A stretch of DNA of 61,329 nt, counting the filler, from Chiloscyllium plagiosum (taxonomy: Eukaryota): the NCBI RefSeq assembly GCF_004010195.1. It is 2 parts of one record of this genome, joined end to end, with 100 filler letters (N's around TTAATTAATTAA, not from the genome) between each part and the next. Parts side by side here need not be neighbours in the genome. Positions count along the whole stretch, not along the records: positions 1 to 29,581 come from NC_057713.1; positions 29,682 to 61,329 come from NC_057713.1. One strand, given 5' to 3'. The position numbers and the translations under genes are program-made. Each line of letters begins with the position of its first letter. Within the stretch, counting starts at the first letter, position 1. Under the pieces are notes generated by a model, which saw nothing but the letters and a program-made list of their open reading frames with translations, was not told where the DNA came from and searched no databases. Positions 25,430-37,764 of this stretch are shown one piece after another.

Positions 25430-25515
25430 GTTAACTTTGTCTTTCTCTTCAACATTGTGAGGATCCTGATGACTAAGCTGAGGGCATCGACCACATCAGA
25501 GACAATGCAGTACAG
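25430..25515 (+). CDS. crhr2: CRH receptor 2 internal exon (86 nt; TM5-ICL3)
   Basis: tttttctgaacag acceptor, gtaaat donor. Encodes [29 protein letters not shown]. Confidence 0.96.
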
Positions 25516-26254
25516 GTAAATAAAGCCCAGTGGCCATGATGCAAGTGTTAAGCCCATTTCGCTTACTTTTGACAATTTGGAACCACTTATGGGTACAGAA
25601 GTCAACTTTTGTCTTTTGAGAATATATTTGTTTACGTTGATCCATGTGAAAAATACCGAGTTAATGCATGTTTTATGTTCAGCTCTCCTCAAAGCTAGTT
25701 ACTTCATCACCCAGATCATTATTATTTAATAGAAGTAGCAAGGATTCCTCATTGCAATAGAGTTATGAATAGAAAATCCACTTAAAAGATTGATTTTGTG
25801 CTTAACTGACCTGCTGGCTGTAAGGGATGGCTGGGAGAGTGGGAGGGGTTGTTGGCTGTGATGATGGTGCATGCTAGCAACAGTTTGGAGATCTCGCTTT
25901 ATTAGCAGTAAGCTTCATCATGAGCTGTTTAGGTTATGTTTGATATTTGTTCCCAAGGCAACAGCAAGCACAAGAATGCAAGTCTCTTGTGGAAAGCTTA
26001 TCGTTCTGAATCTCTGAATCTTCCTTGTGGACTCTGAAGGCCCACGGGGAATACTGGGTTCCATGGATACAGCAGGCAATGGTAGGCACTGTCAGCAGAA
26101 AAAAGTGGCACTCCCTCAAGCCAGGATTTAATACAAGAGCTTGCATGAGACTGACCTCCCAAGCATTCTTGTGCACATTCTTCATACCAACACATCTTGC
26201 TGCTCCTCCCTATACTTTCAACACTCATCCTCAAATTCTGTCAACTTCCTGGAA

Positions 26255-26670
26255 TGTAGGCCAGCATTCGTTGCCCATCCTCGTCAATGAAAAGGTAATG
26301 CTAAGCTGCCTTCTTGAGCTGCTGCAGTCCGTCTGATGTATTTAGACCCACCATACCACTCGGGAAGGCGTTCCAGGAGGTTGACCCATTGTCAGTGAAG
26401 GAACAGCTACATATTTCCAAGTCAGGATGGTGAGTGGCTTGGAGGGGAATTGGCAATTTGTATTCCCATGTATCTGCTGCCCTTGTCCTTCTGAATAGAA
26501 GTGGTCATGGGCTTGGAAGATGCTATCTAAGGAGCCTTGATGAATTTCTGCAGTGCATCTTATAGATAGTATACACTTCTGCTAATGTCAGTAGTGGAGG
26601 GAGTGAATGTTTGTAGATGTTATGCCAATCAGGTGGTATCCTGGGTAGTGTCAACCTTTTTGAGAGTTGT
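26255..26670 (-). mobile_element. 3' fragment of the LINE family seen at 17000-18945
   Basis: Reverse-complement similarity to about 18500-18930. Confidence 0.7.
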
Positions 26671-28730
26671 TGTGATTATCCCCTCTCTCTTGAGGTGAGT
26701 GGCTGAGGGGAAGGTTGTTCCTCCGCTGATTGTGTCACTTATGCCCTGTTCCTCTGGATCAGTGTGAGAAATCTGAGACAGAGATGCATGAGTTTTCCCA
26801 GTGCTGCTGAGAAATTGAGAACTGGAACTGACAGCTCACAGTCAAGAATGATGGAACAGAAATGTCCTCCAAAGCATCAGAGATTATATCAAAAGCATTA
26901 AAAATGTATTCTCAGAACTAGTTCTGTGAGGAATAGACATTCATAGAAGAATACAGGATAAAACTTCAATCAATCATCACTTTGTTTGTGATACTTGTTA
27001 TTTTGCCAGCCCCATTAGGTTTCCTCACATGCCTCGCAATACATTTCTTAGATCAGAAAGTCATTTGGAGCAGATACGATTTACAACACTTCAAAAATAT
27101 CTTTAATGCTCTTTTGTGCTTGTATAACTTCAACCAGTGGAGGCTATTGAATAAGGTAATGGATATGGAAGGTTTAATGTAGAGGCTGCATCAGGCTCTG
27201 TTGAATCCAAAGTTGTTGCATAATCTTTGGGTGGAGAAATGCAGTCTAGCACAAAGTACCAATGGAATCAGATGTGTCATCTCTCTATCTTAATTGTCTT
27301 TGACATTATGCTGAACTGGTTAATGTAGTGTGTATCTATTGCTATTGTGTAATAAACTACCTCTTGTGTAAGACAAGTTTCTCTTCTCCTTAGGAATTAA
27401 TAGTGGGCTCTTCACCACTGCTAATTCAATAAGCTCTTAGACTCAGCCTTGAATAAGAGGCGACATCAATCCATTCCAACCACAAGTAACCAGTGGTTAG
27501 TATCACAATGAGACAGAGTTTACATCCTGATTTCCATTTACTCCAGTTTCGATATAGTCAGTCAACTATGGCCTTGATGTAAAGGACAGTCACTTTCACC
27601 TCACTTCTGGAGTTCAGCTCTTTGGTCCATGTTTGGACAAGGCTGTAATGAGGTCAGGAGCAGTGAGACTTTGGTGAAATCCAAACTAGGCACCAGAGAG
27701 CATGTGTTACTGCATTGTTCTTTGAATGTTAACGCAAGAAGATCTGCATGAGGTAGCTTAAACATTTGTATTTTGTTAAACATATCTGGACATAAAAAGT
27801 GGATAGTGGCAAAATATCTCCACAAAGCTTGTTGAACTGGCTCATCAATGTCTCCAAAATGTCAGGCGGTATCTAGTTGAGGCAGCAGCAGTCTCATCAG
27901 TCAGATGGACAACTGGTGAGAGACTCATACTTCCTCACCCAGGCACCCCACTTCCCCCCCCACCCCATAACAGCCCCCATGATCGCACAACACCCCCTCC
28001 CCTGCAGAATCACACACCTATCATTAGCGAAGTCAGTGGCGAGCTTTCATCAGGAATTAAGATCTGGGAATGAAAGCTCTGCCCAATGAGAGCTGCCAGC
28101 CAATCAGCGACTCACTGTTCTTGAACTTAGCTCCACCATTTAGTAGGCCATGGCTAGACTTGACAGAGCACTCCCTGGAGGCCCAGGATTGTGGAGAACC
28201 CAAGACAAAGGTAAGTGATGTATGGAGGTGGGGAAAGGGGTTTTCTCAGGTTTGGGATGATGGAAAGATAGGAAGAAAATGCAGGGGTGTGCTCCTTTGT
28301 TCAATATCCAGTCTCTTGATCAGCCTTGGAGTGTCTTGGATTGAGTGCCACCCGTCCCCTGGTTAATCCCACTCACGACAGACTGAGGACCTAATGTGAT
28401 CCTTAATTGGCCAGTTAAGGGCCTTCATTGTCAGCGTGGTGTGAAGGTTGAATTTATTCCTTCTTGCCAAGGAATTAATCCTGGTGGGGATGCACAGGTA
28501 CAAGCTCTGGTTAAGCCACCACCTTATCTAATTAAGTGTGCTTCCCATCTCCAAGCTCAGAACACTCTGGAGCAGTGTTTGCACACTATAACTCTGCTTT
28601 TCTCCCTACTGAAGTTGCCAGACCTGCTCAGGATTTCCAAAGCTTTCTGTTTCTCTTTCTGTCTTCACTGAGGTCCAGACACAAACCAATGTAGTTAACT
28701 CCTGACTGCCCTGAAATTGGATGAGCACAG

Positions 28731-29062
28731 TAGATTAGATTACTTACTTATAGTGTGGAAACAGGCCCTTCGGCCCAACAAGTCCACACCGACCCGCCGA
28801 AGCGCAACCCACCCATACCCCTACATTTACCCCTTACCTAACACTACGGGCAATTTAGCATGGCCAATTCACCTAACCTGCACATCTTTGGACTGTGGGA
28901 GGAAACCGGAGCACCCGGAGGAAACCCACGCAGACATGGGAGAATGTGCAAACTCCACACAGTCAGTCGCCTGAGGCGGGAATGGAATCCAGATCTCTGG
29001 CGCAGTGAGGCAGCAGTGCTAACCACTGTGCCACCGTGCCGCCCACGCGCCACTGTGCCGCC
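28731..29062 (-). mobile_element. HE1-type V-SINE, young, with duplicated 5' head
   Basis: Near-identical to 12533-12848. TSD cacagta at 28726-28732 and 29063-29069. Confidence 0.9.
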
Positions 29063-29172
29063 CACAGTACTCAGAGCAACTAGGGGATAGACAAGAACAG
29101 CCACTTTGCTCATGGTGACAATGAGAAGAACAGAACACATGACCATAAGGAACAGGAACAGCAACAGGCCAT

Positions 29173-29581
29173 GGCCTATTACCTGCCCTCGACCTCTTCA
29201 TTTCCAACTGCCGCCAGGACATTAACCGCCTCAACCTGTCGACCCCCCTCCCCCACTACAACCTTTCACCCTCACAACGCGCAGCCCTCCAATCCCTCTG
29301 CTCTAATCCCAACCTCACCATTAAGCCAGCGGATAAAGGGGGCGCAGTGGTAGTCTGGCGCACTGACCTCTACACCGCTGAAGTCAAACGCCAACTCGAG
29401 GACACATCTTCCTACTGCCCCCTCGACCATGACCCCACCCCCCATCACCAAACCATCATCTCCCAGACCATACAGAACCTCATCACCTCAGGAGATCTCC
29501 CACCCACAGCTTCCAACCTCATAGTCCGGGAACCCCGCACTGCCCAGTTCTACCTCCTTCCCAAGATCCACAAACCTGACC
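29173..29581 (+). mobile_element. Penelope-like element ORF fragment (N-terminal to the RT core), cut by the gap
   Basis: Uninterrupted frame GLLPALDLFISNCRQDI...NLTIKPADKGGAVVVW...FYLLPKIHKPD. The DKG and LPKIHK motifs are typical of PLEs. Confidence 0.9.
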
Positions 29582-29681
29582 NNNNNNNNNNNNNNNNNNN
29601 NNNNNNNNNNNNNNNNNNNNNNNNNTTAATTAATTAANNNNNNNNNNNNNNNNNNNNNNNNNNNNNNNNNNNNNNNNNNNN
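29582..29681. other. Artificial scaffold spacer: 44 N + TTAATTAATTAA + 44 N
   Basis: Exactly 100 nt and symmetric, with an all-frame stop linker in the middle. Confidence 0.95.
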
Positions 29682-30475
29682 AGGGAGAGGCTGAACAGGC
29701 TGGGGCTGTTTTCCCTGGAGCATCGGAGGCTGAGGGGTGACCTTATAGAGGTTTACAAAATTATGAGGGGCATGGATAGGATAAATAGACAAAGTCTTTT
29801 CCCTGGGATCAGGGAGTCCAGAATTAGAGGACATAGGTTTAGGGTGAGAGGGGAAAGATATAAAAGAGACCTAAGGGGCAACTTTTTCACACAGAGGTTG
29901 GTACGTGTATGGAATGAGCTGCCAGAGGATGTGGTGGAGGCTGCTCTAATTGCAACATTTAAGAGGCATTTGGATGGGTATATGAATAGGAAGGGTTTGG
30001 AGGGATATGGCCCGGGTGCTGGCAGGTGGGACTAGATTGGGTTGGGATATTAGATTAGATTAGATTACTTACAGTGTGGAAACAGGCCCTTCGGCCCAAC
30101 AAGTCCACACCGACCCGCCGAAGCGCAACCCACCCATACCCCTACATCTACCCCTTTAACCTAACACTACGGGCAATTTAGCATGGCCACTTCACCTGAC
30201 CTGCACATCTTTGGACTGTGGGAGGAAACCGGAGCACCCGGAGGAAACCCACGCAGACACGGGGAGAATGTGCAAACTCCACACAGTCAGTCGCCTGAGT
30301 CGGGAATTGAACCCGGGTCTACAGGCGCTGTGAGGCAGCAGTGCTAACCACTGGGCCACCGTGCCGCCCATATCTGGTCTGTGTGGACACACACACACAC
30401 ATATCTGGTCTGTGTGGACAGGTTGGACCGAAGGGTCTGTTTCCATGCTGTACATCTCTATGACTCTATGACTCT
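29682..30475 (+). mobile_element. CR1 (HER1-like) 3' end with an HE1 SINE inserted in its tail
   Basis: Near-identical to 10840-11286. Interrupted at 30050-30369. Confidence 0.9.
30050..30369 (-). mobile_element. HE1-type V-SINE, young
   Basis: Near-identical to 12533-12848. (tagat)n tail, flanked by atat. Confidence 0.9.
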
Positions 30476-30489
30476 TGACTCCCCCAAGT

Positions 30490-31220
30490 ATGTCCATCAC
30501 CAACAAGGCACAAGTGATTGTATACTCCCTACTTGCCTGGAGAAGTGCAACTCCAGCAACAAGACATTCAGGACAAAGCAGCCTGCTTGAATGGCACCAA
30601 ATCCACAAACATCCACTCGCTCCATCTCCAACCCTCAGTAGCAGAACTTTGACAGCACTTTCCAACCACACAGCCGCTACAATCATAAGGGCAACAGAAA
30701 CGTGGGAATGCTTCTGCCGGCAAGTTCCCTTCCAAGTTAATTACCATCTGACATATTGCCATTTGTTTAGTGTTACTGGGTCAATATCCTGGAGTTACCT
30801 CCCTAATAGTATTGTGGGTCTACCTTCAGTACGTGGACTTTGATGATGCAAGGAGACAGCCTATCACCTCAAAGGCAACTAGGAATTAGATTAGATTCCC
30901 TACAGTGTGGAAACTGACCCTTCGGCCCAATCAATCCACAATGACCCTCCGAAAAGTAACTCACCCAGACCCATTTCCCTTTGACTAATGCACATGACAC
31001 TATGGGCAATTTAGCATGGTCAGTTCACCTGACCTGAACATCTTTGGACTGTGGGAGGAAACCCACATAGACACGGGGAGAATGTGCAAACTCCACACAG
31101 ACAGTCGCCAAAGCTGGAATTGAACCTTGGACCCTGGTGCTGTGAGGCAGCAATGCTAACCGCTGAGCCACCGTGCCAATAAATGCTGGCACAAGCAGCA
31201 ATATCCGATGAATGACTCAA
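30490..31220 (+). mobile_element. LINE 3' fragment (17000-18945 family) split by an HE1 SINE
   Basis: acaaggcacaagt...tactccctacttgcctgg. The tail resumes at 31177 (aataaatgctggc). Confidence 0.65.
30886..31176 (-). mobile_element. HE1-type V-SINE, older subfamily
   Basis: Head, V-domain and (tagat)n tail recognisable. Confidence 0.85.
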
Positions 31221-31479
31221 AGAATTGTGAGAACACTTTCATCTCAAGGACTGGAGCAATTCAAGCCAATTTACCTCCAACTTCTTAAAGGGCAGCTAAG
31301 GATGTGTAATAATTGTCACCTTTGAACTATCCAAGAAGGGATGATAATTAGAAAAATAATGCTCATTTGGAACATCTATATATTAAAATCTAAAGGACTT
31401 TGATTAATCTTGGACTGTGAGTAACACTGGCATTCCTACATTTCTTACCTTTTCCTTGTTGCCTTAATGGAATTAAATG

Positions 31480-33620
31480 AAGTAAATATGGATAGGATCC
31501 ATTTGATGAAATCCTTCGTCAGAAATGAATTGTAAAACTCACGGAATTGAAGATTAATCTGGTTAGGAAATTGGTGTGTCTGGAAATAAAAAATAAGAAA
31601 ATTGGCAGCATTGGTCTTGTGGTATCCCACATGGATCTATATTGGTATCGCAATTATTCTGTATTTATTAATGACTTACATAATGGCATAAAAAGCCATA
31701 TATTCAAGTTTGCCAATGACACAAAGATTGTCATTGTAAAAGCATAAAATTAAAGAAATGTTAGTCTGCATGGGAAAATGGTGCCAATGGATTTCAATAT
31801 TGGAAAATGGGGCCCTTAACAAATAGAACTGGGTAGTTTTGAAATGCTAGAATTAGTGAAGGTCCAAAGAAACTTGAGGTCCAAGCAAATAAATCATTAA
31901 ATTGTCATGCTCAAGTACAGAAATAATCAAAATGTGTACAGGACACTGCTGTTTATGTCTAGATAAACAGACCACAAAGGTCAAAGTTCTGCTATGGCTA
32001 TGGTTGAGACTGGAGGAGTATACTGTCATTCTTTAATCTCATCACTCCACCTGTATACAACATAAATCTAAAAACTTTGTCTGATTCCTGCTATGATTCA
32101 CTATATACTTTATCTACATTAGGTTTAAAATTAATAAATCCAACCACTACGATTCTTTAATAAATTACAAAATTATTGATTGATTTTGAAACCAGGTCTT
32201 ACTTGACAAAAATATAAAGCTGATTAACACACAGTTGGAAATATGAAATTGTAAATATTTGGCCTTCTTAATAAACCTGGACACACACACATGAGTTCAA
32301 GAAAAACATGTTGTGCAGAAGTTTATATTGAAAATAATGCCTTGTCCATCTAATGGCTAATTCTTGAAGGAATTAAAGAGAGGGTATAAAATGTCCTGGC
32401 CCAATTAGATATAGCCTGAAACACAGTCCATCACCTCTGGAATCTTTGCAGATGTAGTTCATTCAGGAATCATCAAGAGGTCAAATATTTTTCACGAACA
32501 CCTGGATCAATGTTTCCTCGTGCACAATGGATTCACACAAGTGCTGTCTGAATGAGTTGGGTAGTTTCTTTCTCTCAGCAATTTGTACTCCAAGGGGATG
32601 CCCAACAATATCCAAAACTTCCACAGTTCTTAACAGCCATAAACTCAGGCAGATGACTTCCAGTAAATACATCCTTCACTGTTTACATAGCTTAACCCAT
32701 GTGACTTCCAAACAGTGGTTTTGATAAAAAGATGTCTCACTATCCTGTACATGACCTGTTAAAAAAATCTTTTCAGTTCTCCGAAAGAACCATTGTTTAC
32801 AATCCTTCAGACTGAGTTCTCAAAACTTTTTTTTAAACCCCACATCTTTTTGACCATTATAGAAAGGCCTAATAAGGCCACATTGGAATACTGTAATTCT
32901 AGGTGGGACAGATTAGGATGAATACAGTCGCCTTTGAGAAAATGCATAGTAAATGTATCTGGACTCTGAATATTAAATCTTGAGGAAAGGTGAAGCAAAG
33001 TAGCATTGTGCTTTCTGGAATTTAGAAAGTCAAGAGGTGACTTGATTAACATAGTCAAAACATCAAGAGAAATAGAGAGGGCAGGAAAAGAGAAACTTAT
33101 TTCACTGACTTGGGACTCTCAGACTAGAGGAATAATCTAAGATTTAGAGTCAGATGTTTCAGGAGAAAAATTAGGAAGTTCTTCCACTTAGAAAGAGAGG
33201 TAAAAGTTTGGATCTTTCTTCAACAAATTGGACCTACATCAGTTCTTTTTTAAAATTGAAATTGATGGATCTTTTGCTAACCAAAGGTATTAAGGAGCTG
33301 AAAATGTGTTGCTGGAAAAGCGCAGCAGGTCAGGGAGCATCCAAGGAGCAGGAGAATCGACGTTTCGGGCATGAGCCCTTCTTCAGGAATGGGCTCGTGC
33401 CCGAAACGTCGATTCTCCTGCTCCTTAGATGCTGTCTGACTTGCTGCGCTTTTCCAGCAACACATTTTCAGCTCTGATCTCCAGCATCTGCAGTCCTCAC
33501 TTTCTCCTAAAAGGTATTAAGGACTCTGGGTTAAAGGTCAGTAAATGGCATTAGGTCAAAGATAGGTTAAATTGGCTCTACAGACAAAATGACATATACT
33601 CTTGTTCCTATATTATGATG
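31480..33620 (+). mobile_element. Old CR1 fragments (31480-32025 and 32860-33620) separated by an unassigned ~0.8 kb insert
   Basis: FINDL...KFANDTK at 31660-31730, ccacattggaatactgt at 32878, CR1-type tail near 33600. Confidence 0.6.
33295..33509 (+). mobile_element. Fold-back PLE insertion with a minus-strand hammerhead core (33355-33390)
   Basis: 84-bp arms 33295-33378 / 33391-33474. 14-bp TSD aaaggtattaagga at 33283-33296 and 33510-33523. Confidence 0.85.
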
Positions 33621-34779
33621 TTCTGAATTTTCTTAAAGATTTTCTGCTGTACCTGTGAGGACGAGAGCTGTTTCTGCCAAATATGTGGAATGTTATTGTG
33701 GGAGAAACCTTACCCAGATACTCAGTGACAACTTGGGTCTAATCAGAGAGGAACAACAGATTCCCATTCCTGAAGGACATTGTCAATTGAATGGCTTCAT
33801 GGCCAAGCAGTTGCCGGGAAGCTCCATGCATACCAATGCATTGATCCTACTTCCAGAAGCTACAATCACTTTTGCCCTTTGGAGGTCTTTTCAGCGGCAA
33901 AAAAAAAAGTGAATAATGGTTGCAGTCTAGTATTATAATCACAACAATACCCACTTCCATTTTCAGCCATGAACTCCATTTTTAATTTGTTTCTAAATCG
34001 GAACAGTGAGGAAATTGTTATTGCTATTTTTAATTGCAGATGCTTGTCATTTACAATAACTATGTAAAATTCCTTTGCCTGGCAACAGATGATCTATCAT
34101 TGGGAGAATATTTTAATGCACCTTCTTTTTATTTGTCTCACAGCTAAGTATGCGTCAGATGCAGTTTCATACACCCATAGCAGCATTCCATTCAAGAAAG
34201 CAGTCTGTAAACATAGAACTATGCACATTCCTTCCAAACCTGCCCCTTCCCTTGGCATTTGATGCTGCATTTTAATGAGGGCCTGGATAATGTTAACAGT
34301 TTCCTTCATTCCTTCCCTCCTCACTGTGCATTTTTCTCTGCACAACCCCCACACCAGCCTCCCCCAACCTCCCTCCAACCTCCCCCCCCCCCCTCCCCTT
34401 GCCCCTGCTAAGCCTAACCACTGTGCACAGAAAATGAGAATCACAGCTCTTGGATGGTTTCTCATATGCACAGCTAAACTAAGGGTAAGGTGATTGCACT
34501 AGAATGGTGACAGGTCAGAAAGCTGGTAGCAACCTATAAAATAAAAGCCATAGAAGCAGAAGTATGTCACTTGCCTCTTTGCCGTGAATCCACGAGGCAT
34601 GGCGAAACTTCTCGCTGCATTCTATCAATGTCACCTCATTAACAATCAAACCCACCAGTGCGGCCTGCTCTCATCCAGCACTCAGTGTAACCTGGAACAA
34701 TTTGATACTGCTGGGATCAGAATCTTTGAAGCTGGGAGCTGGGGAGTATCTTTAAGGAGTCTTAGTCTGGAGCTACCCT

Positions 34780-35025
34780 GCACCATTCCTGACATTTGCC
34801 CTGAACATAGCAGACAAGGCAAGATTGGTGACATGCTTTGTGGGCAGAGACCTGGAGATCCTGGTGGATGGGGTGATACAGAGGCAGGACACCCTGCACC
34901 CCCGGGAATGGCATCAGACCATTCCGGCTAGGTCTGAGGTCGCTGCTCAGATCAGTGGAGTCTCAGCTATCTAGAGAAATACACAACAATGTATGAAGTA
35001 ATTCAGTTACACTCTCTGGTCTGAA
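34780..35025 (+). mobile_element. Possible PIF/Harbinger Myb/SANT-like ORF remnant
   Basis: Frame from 34921 reads IPARSEVAAQISGVSAI*RNTQQCMK*FS, resembling W..VA..V...S...RT..QC.KK. Confidence 0.35.
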
Positions 35026-35570
35026 TCCTAACCGTCTCCTCCCCAATACCTTACGCTAACTCTATCTCTGGGACTGTACCCATCTCCCATCAATGCTTAT
35101 GCTCTACTGCTCACATAAATTCATGTAAAGCTTGCCTCATTCATTGCAACTCACGCTGTAATCCAACCCTATTAATCCTGCTTGCCCTTTGTGCTACCTA
35201 GTTACTTGGTCGGAACATCTCCCCACCTTCACCAACAGCTATGTCACCCACTTTCATCTCTCCTAATACCTGCCTCTCTCTCATTCCAGGAGGTAAACAG
35301 TCCACAATGGAGCAACAGGGGTCATTATGGACAATCTGCTGGCCGTCATTCAATGCCCCACTCCTCATAAGGAGAGGATCCTGACTTTGACCACCCCAAG
35401 CAGCTGACAAACCCCGAGTTCAAGTCTCTGCACTGGTATCGAAGGTTGCCCTGTCTCACTGTGCTCAGACTCCTGAGGGAAGGCTATCTCCCTTGCTGTG
35501 ACTGAGGACTGCTGACAATTATGACAGGCTTCTGGCTTTGTGTCTGTCCTAAATGGTAAGACAATACTGG

Positions 35571-35907
35571 GGTGGCATGGTGGCTCAGTGGTTAGCACTG
35601 CTGCCTCACAGCACCAGGGACCAGGTTCGATCCTAACTTTGGATGACTACCTGTGAGAAGTTTCTACATTCTCCCCGGGATTCTTTTGGGTGCTCCAGTT
35701 TCCTCTCACAATCCAAAGATGTTCAGGTTGGGTGAATTGGCATTGCTAAATTGCCTATAGCATTCAGGGATGTGTAGGTTAGGTGCATTAGTCGGGGAAA
35801 TGCAGTGTATTTGGGTAGGGGAATGAGTCTGGGTCAGTTACTCTTTGGAGGGTTGGTGTTGACTTGTTGGGTCAAATGGCCTGTTTCCACACTGTAGGGA
35901 TTCTATG
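35571..35907 (+). mobile_element. HE1-type V-SINE
   Basis: ggtggcatggtggctcagtggttagcactgctgcctcacagc head and gggattctatga tail. Confidence 0.88.
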
Positions 35908-37764
35908 AGTACAGGGATACGTGAGTTCGGCTGAGGAGCAAGATGTTAAAAGGCAAGGCAGGGCGCTGTGAGTATCTAAGTGAGTGCGGTCAAAGTGAGT
36001 GAGTGCTCTGACAGCAGGTGAAGACTATGAGATGCCTGCTCCTGGCCATGAGTTGGGTGTGTGTCCCTGTACGTTGCAATAGGGTTAGGCATAGTTGCTG
36101 GTGGAGTCAGCAGTGCAGGACTCAGGTGCAGAGGTGCCCTGTAAGTGAATCAAAAGATTCTACAAGGTTAGCATATGTAAGATGCCAATGTTCATGGCCA
36201 TGGGTGTTGTCCGTGCCCATATAATGTGTCCTGAGATTTTGGTGCCTGGTGTCCAACATGGAGGCCCTTTGGAATAGGCGATGAACTGATGTTGAGTATT
36301 CCCAGCATCTCACTGAGGTGAGATGTGCAATTAATAAGGCCATTAATAAGCAACAATCCCCATTAATAAGGCAACTCACTATTTCCTAGCTAGTAACAGC
36401 CTTGATGCTCAGAACCCATTTAAAAGATTGAGTTGTTCCCGATTTTGAGACAGACTTGTCTTCCTGCACAGTTCTGTGACATTTCTCTAATAGCCCACAC
36501 CATTCAAAGTTCTATAATATTCAGTCAATCGAGTCTGCTCCACCATTCAGTGAAAACATGGATGTTCCTACTATCCTCAACTTCACTTTCCTACCTTTTC
36601 CCGAGTATCCTTGATTTTCTCACTGTTCCTCCTATCCCAGCCCTGAATATATCTAATGACCTAGCCTTGACCTAGTAAGGAATTCCACAGATTTATTACT
36701 CCCTGAGGGAAAACAATTCCAGAAGAAGGTAAGTACTGCAGATGCTGGAAGTCAGAGTATAAAGGTGTGGCACTGGAAAAGCATAGCAGGCTGCATCCAA
36801 GGGGCATGGGAGTGAATGTTTCAAGCTTAAGCTATTCCACCTCACCTCATACAAAGTATTTATTTAATTCCTCTGCCATTTCCTGGCTTTCACTATTATG
36901 TCCACAGCCTCATTCTAAAAGGTTCAATTTGGATTCTCTTTTCATTTTTATACATTTCAAGAATCTCCTTTGCCCTCATCTGTGCACAATTGAGAGGCTA
37001 GAGCTGGGGAATCGAGGTGCAGTCTCTGTTAGAAATCTCCTGACCTAACCTCCACTCCCCATGGCTCCGCACCCCTCAACTCAATATGACCCTCCTACAC
37101 AGTAGTAGCTCCTCTTCCATTTCATGAGAAAACTCCGACCTTTTTGCCTGGTCACTCCTCCATCCAGAAACTCTGGAGGGGTGTGAAATAGGCAGCAACC
37201 TCTTCCATGGTACTGCCTCCTGCTGGAGATACCATCCCCAGATTAACAATCATCTCTTGATAGCTGAGGCTTCCTCAATCACGGCCTAATGTCAGTAGAA
37301 AGCCCAGCAGCTAACAATCAGCTGCCAGATCCAGGCTTTTACATCCTGACAGGCCATGAGTTTGTTTTCTTCAACTTCTGAGGCTTTTGGAAGGAGCAAG
37401 GAAAAGAAATCCCAAGAATGGGCTTGTGTCATAATCAAAACATAATGATCTTTATTGTAACATCTCCCTCTGCTGGCGGCTGTGTGAAAATGAAAAGCAG
37501 CTCCTGATAACTATGTGCATGAGTACTCCACTAATTATGAATACAAAACGTAATAAAAGGTGAAAACTGTGATCATTGATAGGAATACTGTCGAGACTGA
37601 AAATATAATGAATGCACAGTTTGTGGATTGATTCACGTAATGGGGGAAAACACTTGGTAAAACCTTTCCTTTACAAAATTGAAGGTATTGAAATCATGAT
37701 CGCTATATGCGGTGAGGAAGAGATGCAAATCAGATTTTAAGTGCAGAGATCAACAATTCTCTTT

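Noticed and set aside
29626..29637. TTAATTAATTAA palindrome
   Set aside because: An artificial linker centred in a 100-nt N spacer.
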